64,000 nucleotides of DNA from an uncultured Nitrospiraceae bacterium (GTDB taxonomy: Bacteria; Nitrospirota; Thermodesulfovibrionia; Thermodesulfovibrionales; Dissulfurispiraceae), in the NCBI GenBank assembly GCA_963727805.1, contig CAVSHF010000003.1, positions 1,024,001 to 1,088,000 on the forward strand, written 5' to 3'. The translations under genes and the position numbers were made by a program. The notes below the pieces were generated by a model that ran no database searches, was not told the DNA's origin, and saw only the letters and a program-made list of their open reading frames with translations. Positions 30,481 to 40,488 of the stretch are shown in pieces. The stretch's first letter is position 1. The number at the start of each line of letters is the position of its first letter.

Positions 30481-31161
30481 TCAAGTCTCCTTTTCCGCAT
30501 AAAGTAGTCCTGATTCGTTTTTCATGAAGTATTTGAGAATCCAGGCCGTCATCATGCCCTCGACGATACCGAAAACTGCAAGGTGCTCTATCGCCATGGC
30601 GGGAATTGCGATCGACAGCGGATAGGGAGCATACAGAGGAACGCCATCCGGTCCTGCAGCGATAAGCGGCTGAATGCCGAATTCAATACCAGTAAGGATC
30701 GCGGCGAAAGAAAGACCTATATGCCCTGCAAAGAATGCGGCCAGATAGAATCTGGATCCGACTTTTGCTCTGCCCTTAATAAGCTTGAAGGTCCAGTAAG
30801 AGATGAAAGGCATCACCACGGCCATATTGAAGCAGTTGGCTCCGATCGCTGTAATCCCGCCATCGCCGAAGATGATTGCCTGGATTATCAGGACAACGGA
30901 GACGGTAAGGACAGCCGCCCACGGTCCCAAAATGATCGCTACTGTCCCGGCACCGACAGCATGCCCCGAAGTGCCTCCAGGAATCGGGATATTGAACATC
31001 ATGATGAGAAAGGAAAAGGCGGCAGCCATGGCTAGATAGGGAATGTGTTTATGCGACAGTTCGTTCCTTATCTTCTTCAGGGCTATAGCCCAAAATGCTA
31101 TTGAGACTCCATACAGCGGAATATATGTTTGGGGGCTCAAATATCCATCGGGTATATGCAT
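30481..31161 (-). CDS. ECF Ni/Co substrate component (NikM/CbiM)
   Basis: N-terminal MHIPDGYL; PGGTSGH; GDGGITAIGAN; RBS GAGGAGGAG. Confidence 0.92.
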   Translation of the reverse strand: MHIPDGYLSPQTYIPLYGVSIAFWAIALKKIRNELSHKHIPYLAMAAAFSFLIMMFNIPIPGGTSGHAVGAGTVAIILGPWAAVLTVSVVLIIQAIIFGDGGITAIGANCFNMAVVMPFISYWTFKLIKGRAKVGSRFYLAAFFAGHIGLSFAAILTGIEFGIQPLIAAGPDGVPLYAPYPLSIAIPAMAIEHLAVFGIVEGMMTAWILKYFMKNESGLLYAEKET

Positions 31162-31171
31162 CTTCTCCTCC

Positions 31172-31460
31172 TCAGAATTTCCAGGTGATCCCGGCAACAT
31201 AGGTAATATCCTCTTCTGCTCTATTGAGGCTGCCCTTGATGCCGACGTCAAGGTCCAGATGTTCGGAAAGCGAACAAATGAGACCTCCCAAGATGAAAGC
31301 AATATGCACAGTATCATCCACGTCAGGATTCCTGTTGATGCCGATATTTGCCACCGCCCTCAGATCTTTCCCGACCTCTACCTCAGTAGCAAGGGAGGCA
31401 TGCCTAAGATTTTTTCTATCATGAGCAATGTTTTCGTTCCTCATATATCCAAGGTTCACA
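31172..31460 (-). pseudogene. C-terminal fragment of an outer-membrane beta-barrel
   Basis: Amphipathic strands ending LDLDVGIKG..YVAGITWKF (terminal Phe); no signal peptide or N-terminal part. Confidence 0.5.
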
Positions 31461-31479
31461 TAATGCACACTCGAGTGAA

Positions 31480-31540
31480 AATAAAAAAGCCACGAAGACT
31501 TTTTTAGACCTGCAGGTCTTGTAGCAGCCTTCGTGGCTCT
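31480..31540 (-). promoter_or_regulatory. Terminator-like leader hairpin upstream of the Ni/Co ECF operon
   Basis: GCCACGAAGGC/GTCTTCGTGGC stem, inner palindrome AGACCTGCAGGTCT, then TTTTTTATTTT. Confidence 0.55.
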
Positions 31541-31650
31541 GCGATCTCTACAATAGCAGAGAAGGACCTCTTTGTCAAGACAGTCATGACTAAGAAAGTC
31601 GCAGTTTTCGATGATATCCCCGGCCTGCGAAAAGTGATACAATATCTCTT

Positions 31651-32577
31651 ATGCTCAGTAATTTCTCAGATCCATATTCCATTTCCGGACTGACCGCTCA
31701 GGTAAGCTTCGATTCGCTTAAAGGGTTTGTTTATGATATCGCGGGTCTCCGCCACGGCGGGGCGAATTATGACGCCCTTGAAGAAAGAGCCTTCTCTATC
31801 GAACAGTTTTTCCGCTCTCTGGAGTTGAGCGTTAAAAGCCAGCAGGTATCTTTTCATGGTAAAGCTTTTCGAAATATTATTGCGGACACAGGTGAACCCC
31901 GTGATGAAAAGGGAATGGTCCTTATCGGCGCCCACTATGATGCTGCACAAGGAAGCCCGGGTGCCGACGATAATGCAAGCGGGATTGCGGCTCTGCTCGA
32001 AACAGCAAGGATAGTGAGCAGGATTCATCTAAAAAAACATGTCAGGTTTGTCGCCTTTACTCTTGAAGAACCACAGCCTCCGAGCGTTCATTTCCTGATA
32101 GGAAGCAGGTATTTCGCCGAGCAGGCAAAGAAGGTGGGCGATAAGTACCAAGGAGTATTGATACTCGAATCGGTCGGGTATTCAAGCAACGAAAAGGGAA
32201 GCCAGATTATACCTTCCTTTATCCGGATCAATGCGCCTGATATAGGTAACTTTCTTGGCGTCGTGGCTAACCGAGCGTCGGAATCTATTATGAAAGCTTT
32301 TCAGAGTGCGGCAACTGAAAATGTGCCGGAACTCCTGGTAGCCACGTACAAAGCCCCTTTCTCCGGCTACCTTATGCCGGAAACGAGGTTCAGCGATCAT
32401 TCACCGTTCTGGGACTGCGGCTACCCAGCCATCATGCTCACAGATACGGCGATGTTTAGGAATCCCTATTATCACACGGAGTATGACAGTGTGGATAAAC
32501 TGGATTTTAATTTCATGTTAAATGTCACAAAGGCGGTTATCAGTTTCATCGTAAAATTTGCTGGTGGTCTTCAGTAG
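31651..32577 (+). CDS. M28 family metallopeptidase
   Basis: GAHYD, PGADDNASG, FTLEE, SDHSPFW, YHT. Confidence 0.9.
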   Translation: MLSNFSDPYSISGLTAQVSFDSLKGFVYDIAGLRHGGANYDALEERAFSIEQFFRSLELSVKSQQVSFHGKAFRNIIADTGEPRDEKGMVLIGAHYDAAQGSPGADDNASGIAALLETARIVSRIHLKKHVRFVAFTLEEPQPPSVHFLIGSRYFAEQAKKVGDKYQGVLILESVGYSSNEKGSQIIPSFIRINAPDIGNFLGVVANRASESIMKAFQSAATENVPELLVATYKAPFSGYLMPETRFSDHSPFWDCGYPAIMLTDTAMFRNPYYHTEYDSVDKLDFNFMLNVTKAVISFIVKFAGGLQ

Positions 32578-32707
32578 TGCTAAGGAGAAAGTCTCCCCCG
32601 AACTGAGAAGCTCTTTCCCTCGGGTTTTATTGATAAATCAAGCTGTTTACTTTTCTTTTTGTGTGCTGATAAAATTCAGCAACATTTATATCAAAGGAGT
32701 CATAAAC

Positions 32708-33496
32708 ATGAACAAGGTTGCCTCTGCAAAGAAAACTTCTCTGAAAAAAGCTGCTTCCAAAAAAATTGTTATTAAAAAGACTTCCTCAAAAAAACCTGCT
32801 CTAAAGAAGTCTCTGGTAAAAAAGGCTGTTGCAAAAAAAGCTGTTGCAAAAAAAACGCCCGTAAGCAAAGCTGCTCAGAATAAACTTGCATCAAAAAAAG
32901 CAACTCAGAAAAAGCGTGCCTCGAAGGCGAGAACTGCTAAAAAAACCGTCGCCCCGAAAAAAGCGGTAACCAGAAGCGTTCAAAAAAAGGCGGCATCCCC
33001 TAAAAAAGCTGCACCTCAGAGAGTGATCAAAAAGACCGTTCCGAAGGTGAAACCCCAAAAAACATTCGCGACAACTCCAATACCAACACTCAAGCCAAGA
33101 CGTAAAAAGTTAACTAAAACTTCGGAAGTAAAGAATGTCTCTCTGAAAAAAACAGCCTTAAAGCCCCCTGTTATCAAGCCCGCTAATATTGCTGCAAAGA
33201 AATCTCTATCCCGTAAGGAGTCACCCAAAAAGCGGGCTGCGGAAGTTATCCACGCCCAGACAGGAATGATGAGGGCAGTAATTCCTTCAACTGAGAAGAT
33301 GGTCCCTGAAAAGCATGTTTCATCGATAAAGACAGCAAAAGTGCACTCCCTCCGGGCAGTCCTTGCCAGGCTTTCCCAAGTACAAAAGCCCGTCATTAAA
33401 AGGACTGCTGATAATATTGCCGTATTAGCGCGTACTCCATTACCAAACGTTGGCGGCACCAAATTACCTTTTATGAAAAAGATCCGGCATACCTGA
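32708..33496 (+). CDS. Lys/Ala-rich histone H1-like basic protein
   Basis: Repeated KKA/AKK/SKK units; AAGGAG RBS before ATG 32708. Confidence 0.7.
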   Translation: MNKVASAKKTSLKKAASKKIVIKKTSSKKPALKKSLVKKAVAKKAVAKKTPVSKAAQNKLASKKATQKKRASKARTAKKTVAPKKAVTRSVQKKAASPKKAAPQRVIKKTVPKVKPQKTFATTPIPTLKPRRKKLTKTSEVKNVSLKKTALKPPVIKPANIAAKKSLSRKESPKKRAAEVIHAQTGMMRAVIPSTEKMVPEKHVSSIKTAKVHSLRAVLARLSQVQKPVIKRTADNIAVLARTPLPNVGGTKLPFMKKIRHT

Positions 33497-33499
33497 TTC

Positions 33500-34402
33500 A
33501 TGTTCTTCCAGCAGCTCATCAACGGTCTCACGCTCGGAAGCGTTTATGCGATCATTGCCCTCGGCTACACGATGGTCTATGGAATACTGGAGCTTATCAA
33601 TTTTGCCCACGGTGAAATCTATATGCTCGGAGCTTACCTTGGCATCATCCTCATGGGCTTTTTCACTGCATCGGGCTTGACCGGGCAGAGCCTCATCTTG
33701 TCTGTCGCATTGACCGTCATTCTCTCCATATTATTCTGTGCCATGTATGGCTTTACGATGGAAAAGATCGCTTACAAGCCTTTGAGGAACGCGCCCCGTC
33801 TGAGCCCTCTGATCAGTGCGATCGGCATATCAATATTTCTCCAGAATTATGTGATGCTCACCCAGGGAGCTACCGACAAGGTCTTTCCTTACCATCTTGG
33901 AGATACCGTCATCCATTTTCAGGAGGTGCAGATGACGATAACGCAAGTGCTGATTATCGCAATTTCTGCCCTGATGATGCTCCTCCTGCACCTTTTCATC
34001 TCTCGGACGAGAATCGGCAAGGCGATGAGGGCGACCTCGCAGGACATGACTATGGCCGCGCTCGTCGGCATCAATGTTGACAACATCATTTCTATTACTT
34101 TTGTTCTCGGCGCTATGCTTGCAGCCGTTGCAGGGGTTATGGTCGCCGTCTATTACGGTCTCGTTAATTATTCCATCGGATATATTGCGGGCATAAAGGC
34201 TTTCACGGCTGCCGTGCTCGGAGGTATTGGAAGCATCAGAGGCGCGATGCTCGGCGGGATCCTCCTGGGCCTGATGGAGAGCATGGGAGCAGCTTATGTC
34301 TCAACCGAATATAAGGACGCTGTCGCTTTCGTAATTCTGATTATCCTTCTGCTCATCAAGCCCTCGGGCATCTTTGGCCAGGATTTGCCGGAAAAGGTAT
34401 AG
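33500..34402 (+). CDS. livH: Branched-chain amino acid ABC permease
   Basis: QQLINGLTLGSVYA, INFAHGE, AAVLGGIG. Confidence 0.95.
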   Translation: MFFQQLINGLTLGSVYAIIALGYTMVYGILELINFAHGEIYMLGAYLGIILMGFFTASGLTGQSLILSVALTVILSILFCAMYGFTMEKIAYKPLRNAPRLSPLISAIGISIFLQNYVMLTQGATDKVFPYHLGDTVIHFQEVQMTITQVLIIAISALMMLLLHLFISRTRIGKAMRATSQDMTMAALVGINVDNIISITFVLGAMLAAVAGVMVAVYYGLVNYSIGYIAGIKAFTAAVLGGIGSIRGAMLGGILLGLMESMGAAYVSTEYKDAVAFVILIILLLIKPSGIFGQDLPEKV

Positions 34403-34413
34403 GCCTGACTGAC

Positions 34414-35523
34414 ATGAAAATACCTGCGTCACTGACTGGCCCCTTCCCGAGCATAATTATAGCCGCCCTCTGGGGATCAGTCATGTTTCTCCCCTTCAAA
34501 GGCCCGGGGCCTGCTCTCATGCTTTTCGCAGCGCTTGCTGCAGGCATGACCGGACTTTACTTCGTCAGCAGACTGGAGATATCCTTTCGTGCCCTTGCCG
34601 TAATACCGGAATTCCTGAGCCAATATCGTATCCCGGCAACTGCTACCCTGATACTGCTTTTTACTGTATTCCCTCTTATTCTTAACAACTATTACCTCGA
34701 TGTACTCATCATGGCGGGCATTTACTCCATACTCGCGATAGGCCTCAATGTCATCGTTGGATTCACAGGACTCCTTAATCTCGGGTTCGCCGCCTTTTAT
34801 GCCTGCGGAGCGTACACCTACGCCCTCCTCAACACGAAGCTAGGACTCGGCTTTTGGGTCTGTCTTCCACTTTCGGCGGGATTCACTTCGTTGATAGGCC
34901 TGCTTCTCGCCGTGCCTGCCCTGCGGCTCAGAGGAGACTACCTTGCCATTGTGACGCTCGGGTTTGGTGAGATCATGCGACTTATCCTCAACAACTGGGA
35001 CAGCCTTACACACGGGCCAAACGGCATAACGGGCATCGAACCTCCTGTGATTGCAAACGTCTCCTTCAGCAACATGAAATACTATTATTATCTCGTATTT
35101 ATCATTCTTCTACTGTCGCTGGCAATCATAAAAAGGGTTGAAATCTCACGCTTCGGTAGAGCCTGGAAAGCGATTAAGGAAAATGAGATTGCCGCTTCCA
35201 CAATCGGGATCAACACCACCAAATATAAGCTTTTTGCCTTTGCCTTTGGTACGTTCTGGGGCGGAACGGCCGGAATACTTTTTGCAGCCAAGATGCAGTT
35301 CGTCTCTCCGGAGAGCTTCACCTTTATCGAATCCGTGCTCATCCTGAGCATGGTCATCCTCGGAGGTCTCGGCAATACTTACGGAGCCGTGCTTGGGGCC
35401 TTCCTGCTCGTGCTACTGCCGGAAGCGCTTCGCGAAGTACAGTTATACCGGATGCTGCTTTTGGGGATCGGCCTAGTCCTTCTCATGAGGTTCAGGCCTC
35501 AGGGCCTGATGGGGGTTAAATAG
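34414..35523 (+). CDS. livM: Branched-chain amino acid ABC permease
   Basis: LRLRGDYLAIVTLGFGEI, RPQGL. Confidence 0.95.
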   Translation: MKIPASLTGPFPSIIIAALWGSVMFLPFKGPGPALMLFAALAAGMTGLYFVSRLEISFRALAVIPEFLSQYRIPATATLILLFTVFPLILNNYYLDVLIMAGIYSILAIGLNVIVGFTGLLNLGFAAFYACGAYTYALLNTKLGLGFWVCLPLSAGFTSLIGLLLAVPALRLRGDYLAIVTLGFGEIMRLILNNWDSLTHGPNGITGIEPPVIANVSFSNMKYYYYLVFIILLLSLAIIKRVEISRFGRAWKAIKENEIAASTIGINTTKYKLFAFAFGTFWGGTAGILFAAKMQFVSPESFTFIESVLILSMVILGGLGNTYGAVLGAFLLVLLPEALREVQLYRMLLLGIGLVLLMRFRPQGLMGVK

Positions 35524-35524
35524 C

Positions 35525-36292
35525 TTGTACATTCTTGCCACAAAAGAGGTGAGCAAGCATTTCGGCGGTATCAAGGCTGTCGAAGGAGTAAGTTTCAAGA
35601 TAAAGAGCAATTCCATTGCAAGCATTATCGGCCCCAATGGCGCCGGCAAGACGACGCTATTCAACTGCCTTACGGGAATTACCAAACCATCGAAAGGTCA
35701 GATACATTTCATGGACAGGAACATCTCAGGCCTGCCGCCCCATGAGGTAGCTAAACTGGGCATCGCGCGGACGTTCCAGAATATCAGGATTTTCCCTGAC
35801 ATGACCGTCATCGAAAATGTAATGGTAGCCCAGCATGGTCGCATACGCTATGGCCTGCTGAGCGCCATCCTCCGTAGCAGTAAATTCAGATTGCGTGAAT
35901 CCTCTATAAAAGAAAAAGCTTATGAATTTCTCGAACTCACCGGACTTCAAGACTTTGCCGGAACGCACGCAGGCAAGTTGCCTTACGGCAGCCGGAGAAG
36001 GCTCGAAATAGCACGTGCTCTCGCAACCGAGCCGCAGATCATTCTTCTGGATGAGCCGACCGCCGGAATGAATCCGTCCGAGACGCAGGATGTAATGAAC
36101 CTGATCAAAACGATCCGGGAACTCGGAAAGACAGTCATTATCATTGAGCACGACATGCGTCTGGTCATGGGCATTTCGGACTGGATAGTCGTCCTTGACC
36201 ATGGTGTCAAGATCGCCGAAGGGCCTCCCGAAAAAGTCAAGCATGATCCTCTCGTTATAGAAGCCTATCTTGGAAAGGAAATGTCGCACTGA
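35525..36292 (+). CDS. livG: Branched-chain amino acid ABC ATPase
   Basis: GPNGAGKTT, LPYG, IEHDM, VIEAYLG. Confidence 0.95.
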   Translation: MYILATKEVSKHFGGIKAVEGVSFKIKSNSIASIIGPNGAGKTTLFNCLTGITKPSKGQIHFMDRNISGLPPHEVAKLGIARTFQNIRIFPDMTVIENVMVAQHGRIRYGLLSAILRSSKFRLRESSIKEKAYEFLELTGLQDFAGTHAGKLPYGSRRRLEIARALATEPQIILLDEPTAGMNPSETQDVMNLIKTIRELGKTVIIIEHDMRLVMGISDWIVVLDHGVKIAEGPPEKVKHDPLVIEAYLGKEMSH

Positions 36293-36293
36293 T

Positions 36294-36992
36294 ATGCTCA
36301 TTTTGCGTTCGATACATACATCTTACGGCCCGATTAAAGCGCTGAAAGGAATAGATATGGAGGTCCGCAAAGGTGAAATCGTTTGTCTGCTGGGAAGCAA
36401 TGGTGCCGGCAAAACAACGACCCTCATGACGATTTCCGGTATCTTGCGACCCGATGCCGGTGATATCACCTTCGAAGGCGAAACATTAGTTACACTGTCA
36501 GCGGACAAGATTGTGCGCAAAGGGATATGTCAGGTCCCCGAAGGCAGGAGGATATTCCAGAAGCTCACGATCCGGGGGAACCTCGAAATGGGGGCTTTCA
36601 GCGATCCCGGTAGCTTCGCTAGAAACCTCGAGACGGTCTATTCACTTTTTCCGATCCTCAGGGAACGCGCGAGTCAAATGGGTGGGACCCTGAGCGGTGG
36701 CGAGCAACAGATGCTCGCCATCGGCCGGGCCCTCATGGCCAACCCCAAACTCCTGCTGCTGGATGAGCCATCCCTCGGCCTTGCTCCCATTATGGTAAAT
36801 AAGATTTTCAGGACCATCCAGGAAATCAGCAAAGGGGGCATAACAGTGCTACTCGTAGAACAGAATGCCAGGGCCGCCTTAAGGCTATCCCATCGGGGAT
36901 ACGTGCTCGAAAACGGGACTATAAAATTGAGCGGGACGGGAGAACAACTTCTCGGAAATGAAGAGGTCAGAAAGGCTTATTTGGGCGTGTAA
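36294..36992 (+). CDS. livF: Branched-chain amino acid ABC ATPase
   Basis: QVPEGRRIF, LSGGEQQMLA, VRKAYLG. Confidence 0.95.
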   Translation: MLILRSIHTSYGPIKALKGIDMEVRKGEIVCLLGSNGAGKTTTLMTISGILRPDAGDITFEGETLVTLSADKIVRKGICQVPEGRRIFQKLTIRGNLEMGAFSDPGSFARNLETVYSLFPILRERASQMGGTLSGGEQQMLAIGRALMANPKLLLLDEPSLGLAPIMVNKIFRTIQEISKGGITVLLVEQNARAALRLSHRGYVLENGTIKLSGTGEQLLGNEEVRKAYLGV

Positions 36993-37102
36993 CGTTGATG
37001 GTGTAGTCTCGTTCCTCTGTCTCGTCTAACCTCATTTTTCCCTTTCCACAAGCTTGTATGCTGATTTGACTTTTCCACCCATCATCTTAAAAAATATATT
37101 TT

Positions 37103-38071
37103 ATGATCAATGAGTTTGAATCAAAAATCCTCTCAGGCCAATCGTTGACGATGATGGATGCCACTGTTCTGGCGGCAACACTTCCCGAATCCTTGCCCGA
37201 TCTCTTCTCTGCGGCTGAGAGGATCAGGAAAAGATTCTTCGGGGATACTGTAGACCTCTGCACTATCGTCAATGCCAAGTCCGGCGCCTGCCCAGAGGAT
37301 TGTTACTACTGTGCCCAATCATCGAATAACAAATCGGCAATTGATATATTTCCCTTAATCGGCAGAAACGCGATATTAAGAAAGGCTGCTGAGGCTAAGA
37401 AAAGTGGCGTGCGAAGATTCAGTATTGTCACAAGCGGCAGAAAACCAGGCAAAAAGGAGCTAAGAGAGATAGCCGGGACCTTTGGGGAAATAAGAAAAAT
37501 GGGCCTCCGTACCTGTGCTTCCTTAGGCCTGCTTGACAGGGATGAACTCAGCTATCTGAGAGACCATGGACTCGAACGTTATCATAACAATATCGAGACA
37601 TCGGAGAGATTTTTCCCTTTTATCTGTACAACCCACCGTTTCGCAGAAAAGCTCGAGACTATCGAGGCAGCTCGGTCCATTGGGCTTTCACTCTGTTCGG
37701 GCGGCATCTTCGGAATGGGAGAGACTTGGCAGGATAGGATCGACCTCGCTTTGACCGTACAGGCGCTCGACGTCGATTCTGTTCCAATCAATTTTCTCAA
37801 TCCTATCAAAGGCACTCGCTTAGACCATCTTCCTCCCCTAGCACTCGATGAGGCGTTGAAGGTGATAAGCATTGTCAGGTTTATTCTCCCGCAAAAGGAG
37901 ATAAGAGTCTGCGGTGGCAGAATGCAGACCCTTGGGAATCTTCATGCACTGATCTTCAAAGCGGGGGCCGACTCTGTCATGACAGGAAATTACTTGGTAA
38001 CCACAGGCAGAACGTTCGACGATGACCTGGAGATGCTCAAAGAGGAAGGACTGCAGCTCCGAACCGACTGA
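37103..38071 (+). CDS. bioB: Biotin synthase
   Basis: AKSGACPEDCYYCAQS, YHNNIETS, CSGGIFGMGE, SVPINFL. Confidence 0.96.
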   Translation: MINEFESKILSGQSLTMMDATVLAATLPESLPDLFSAAERIRKRFFGDTVDLCTIVNAKSGACPEDCYYCAQSSNNKSAIDIFPLIGRNAILRKAAEAKKSGVRRFSIVTSGRKPGKKELREIAGTFGEIRKMGLRTCASLGLLDRDELSYLRDHGLERYHNNIETSERFFPFICTTHRFAEKLETIEAARSIGLSLCSGGIFGMGETWQDRIDLALTVQALDVDSVPINFLNPIKGTRLDHLPPLALDEALKVISIVRFILPQKEIRVCGGRMQTLGNLHALIFKAGADSVMTGNYLVTTGRTFDDDLEMLKEEGLQLRTD

Positions 38072-38142
38072 TTTCTTTCAGAACTCCGCATATCGAAACA
38101 CGACTGGATCGGCGATTTGAAACTAGTCGAATCTCCTGATAC

Positions 38143-38158
38143 GGTGATCTGAGTCACA
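38143..38158 (+). promoter_or_regulatory. Crp/Fnr-family operator candidate
   Basis: GGTGA-N6-TCACA, 9/10 match to TGTGA-N6-TCACA, upstream of ORF 38219. Confidence 0.5.
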
Positions 38159-38218
38159 TGAAAAACCCCATGAAACACTTACAATTATATCAGGTAGACT
38201 AGAAAAAGGAGGCACGTC

Positions 38219-38491
38219 ATGTTGAAGATACTCAAGATAGTCATCGCTGCATGGATCATCTTCGCATTTATCGCCGTCGCCAATAATGGCGGGTACAAGA
38301 TCAGGGCAATGGAAGGGGATACGCACAAAGTTGTAAGCAAGACGATCAACATCGTAGCCGATAAGGCTGACAGCCTCAAGGATCAGGCCGATACTGCAAA
38401 GGATAATGTCAAGCGCCTTACGGGAGCGAAAAAAGAGGTAGCACAGACTGACGAAACGCTGTTGCCGGTAAAGAAGTCAAAAATCAGATAG
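38219..38491 (+). CDS. Small membrane-anchored hypothetical protein
   Basis: AGGAGG RBS; N-terminal TM segment. Confidence 0.7.
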   Translation: MLKILKIVIAAWIIFAFIAVANNGGYKIRAMEGDTHKVVSKTINIVADKADSLKDQADTAKDNVKRLTGAKKEVAQTDETLLPVKKSKIR

Positions 38492-38513
38492 AAATTTTTC
38501 AGCGCACCTTTTC

Positions 38514-38551
38514 CCCGTAGAGATCGCACAATACGATATTTTCTGCGGGGG
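38514..38551. terminator. Hairpin between convergent genes
   Basis: CCCCGTAGA...TCTGCGGGG inverted repeat. Confidence 0.4.
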
Positions 38552-38553
38552 CT

Positions 38554-39240
38554 TTATAACCCCTTATTGAGAAATCCCTTAACCAGCTCGTCAGTAAATC
38601 GCTGCTCAAGATCTATTTGGGGACCGAAAAATTTTCTTTTTTCCCTTAGCAGTTCATTTATCCCCTTGACATCGTATCCCTCGTCGGGAACATTTGCCTC
38701 GAGATTCGGAGTGATGATGAAGAGTCGCTCCCTTCCGATTACCACCCTCCAGCAATGTCCCTCCTTGTCCTCTAACTCGAGGATAACCTGAGCATGATAA
38801 AGATTCTGGACCAAATTGGCATGAGCAACGAGAAACGCGTTCCGGTCAAGATGACGGGATTCAAAGATACGGTGCCAACGGGGGTGATAAAATCTAAGCG
38901 TTCCCGAGGTTCCCGGGCCTGTACCTTCCGACGGAACGATCTCAAAGTCGAACTGTACTAAATCCAGGTAAGCCTTGTTGCCTCGGCCAGCAGGATAGTG
39001 TTCGAGCCATACGATTTTATTTTCAGAGACCCCGGACAGGTAATCGGCGTAAATTTGCGACGCGATCCGATCACAGACATTCGTAATGGACAGAGCATTG
39101 TTATCGCTCCGTTCGGTAAGCACCACGCACCGCACTTCATTGTCATATTCGACGATATCGAGGTCACAGAAAAAGGTAGCTTCTTTTGATGCAAAATGGC
39201 CCATTTTGTAGTGGAATGGTCCGCTATAGATAACCCGCAT
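38554..39240 (-). CDS. Hypothetical protein
   Basis: 228-aa ORF with GGAGGA RBS; no family recognised. Confidence 0.65.
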   Translation of the reverse strand: MRVIYSGPFHYKMGHFASKEATFFCDLDIVEYDNEVRCVVLTERSDNNALSITNVCDRIASQIYADYLSGVSENKIVWLEHYPAGRGNKAYLDLVQFDFEIVPSEGTGPGTSGTLRFYHPRWHRIFESRHLDRNAFLVAHANLVQNLYHAQVILELEDKEGHCWRVVIGRERLFIITPNLEANVPDEGYDVKGINELLREKRKFFGPQIDLEQRFTDELVKGFLNKGL

Positions 39241-39529
39241 ATGCCATCCTCCGATCCGACCGGCCTAATATGACTGAAAAGCTAATACCTTAAGTGTATT
39301 ATTTTACCATACTTTGTATAATATCATTTGTCAAATGCTTCGATTTAAATTACAGCACAACACCTACCCATCCACCACTCTGATGGTTTTTTGAAGCACA
39401 GATGACTCTAAGTAAATAAGCGAGCCTTATCTTGGTGAAACTCCTCTTGCTTTTGTCTGCTTGATTTTGTGTTATTATTTAACTAAAGATTAATGAAGCA
39501 GTGGTATTCCTTTTAATTGGGGGTGATTA

Positions 39530-40240
39530 ATGGCAACTACAATAAAAAGTAAAAACGCAAAGATCCTTAACCTCCTCAGATACATACCTTTTTTCGAGGG
39601 GCTTTCCGAAAAGGAATTTTTCGATTTGAAGCATATATTCGTAGAAAGAAATTATGCGAGGAATAAAACCATCCTCCTCGAAGAAGATACCCTTAATTAC
39701 ATGTACATAATCCTTTCAGGGAAGGTGAAGGTAGTGCATTCCGGCCTGGACGGCAAGGAACACATCGTCGCCATTCACAAAAAAGGAGATTTCTTCGGCG
39801 AAATGGCCCTCCTTGACGGTAAGACATCTCCCGCCACTGTGGTGGCCCTCGAAGACACATTAATTGCGATTATCTCAAAAAAGGACTTTGAAAAGTACTT
39901 ACTGAAAAACGACAAAGTATTGAGGCAGACCGTCTCGATCCTCTGCTCCCGGTTGCGAGAGGCATGGATGATGATCAAGGTCTTAAGCCTGCCCAATGCA
40001 GAGGACAGGGTCAGAGCTGTGATTAAGATCCTCAGCAATTATTATGGGTTCAAGGATGCACGAGGAACTATCCTCAGTTCCAACCTCACGCACCAGAATA
40101 TCGCCGATTATTCGCTTGTCTCACGTGAGACCGTCACCAGACTGATGAACCGCTTGGCAAAAGAGGGCGAGATCGAAATTCTTGAAAACAGGGACATCGT
40201 TTTGAAACCTTCTTTTACACAAAAGATGCTTGAACTGTAA
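39530..40240 (+). CDS. Crp/Fnr family transcriptional regulator
   Basis: FFGEMALL cNMP-binding fold; HTH SRETVTR. Confidence 0.93.
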   Translation: MATTIKSKNAKILNLLRYIPFFEGLSEKEFFDLKHIFVERNYARNKTILLEEDTLNYMYIILSGKVKVVHSGLDGKEHIVAIHKKGDFFGEMALLDGKTSPATVVALEDTLIAIISKKDFEKYLLKNDKVLRQTVSILCSRLREAWMMIKVLSLPNAEDRVRAVIKILSNYYGFKDARGTILSSNLTHQNIADYSLVSRETVTRLMNRLAKEGEIEILENRDIVLKPSFTQKMLEL

Positions 40241-40488
40241 CCGTTGTCACCATTCATCGGGCTGTTCTACCATATGCTTTAATTAGAAATCCTGACGGAG
40301 CACTATTATGGTTGAGGTCCTCTGAATTCTCATGATACATGTCCCTCAGCTCACCAGTGCCTATGCTTTGCCGTCCGGTGCCTAAGACACCCTAATCACC
40401 TTATGCATCAATGCAGCTATCTTAAAAGCATCAAGCTACAACCTTCCCGTGATGCACGAATCTTCATTTATTTGTATTATAATCACCT

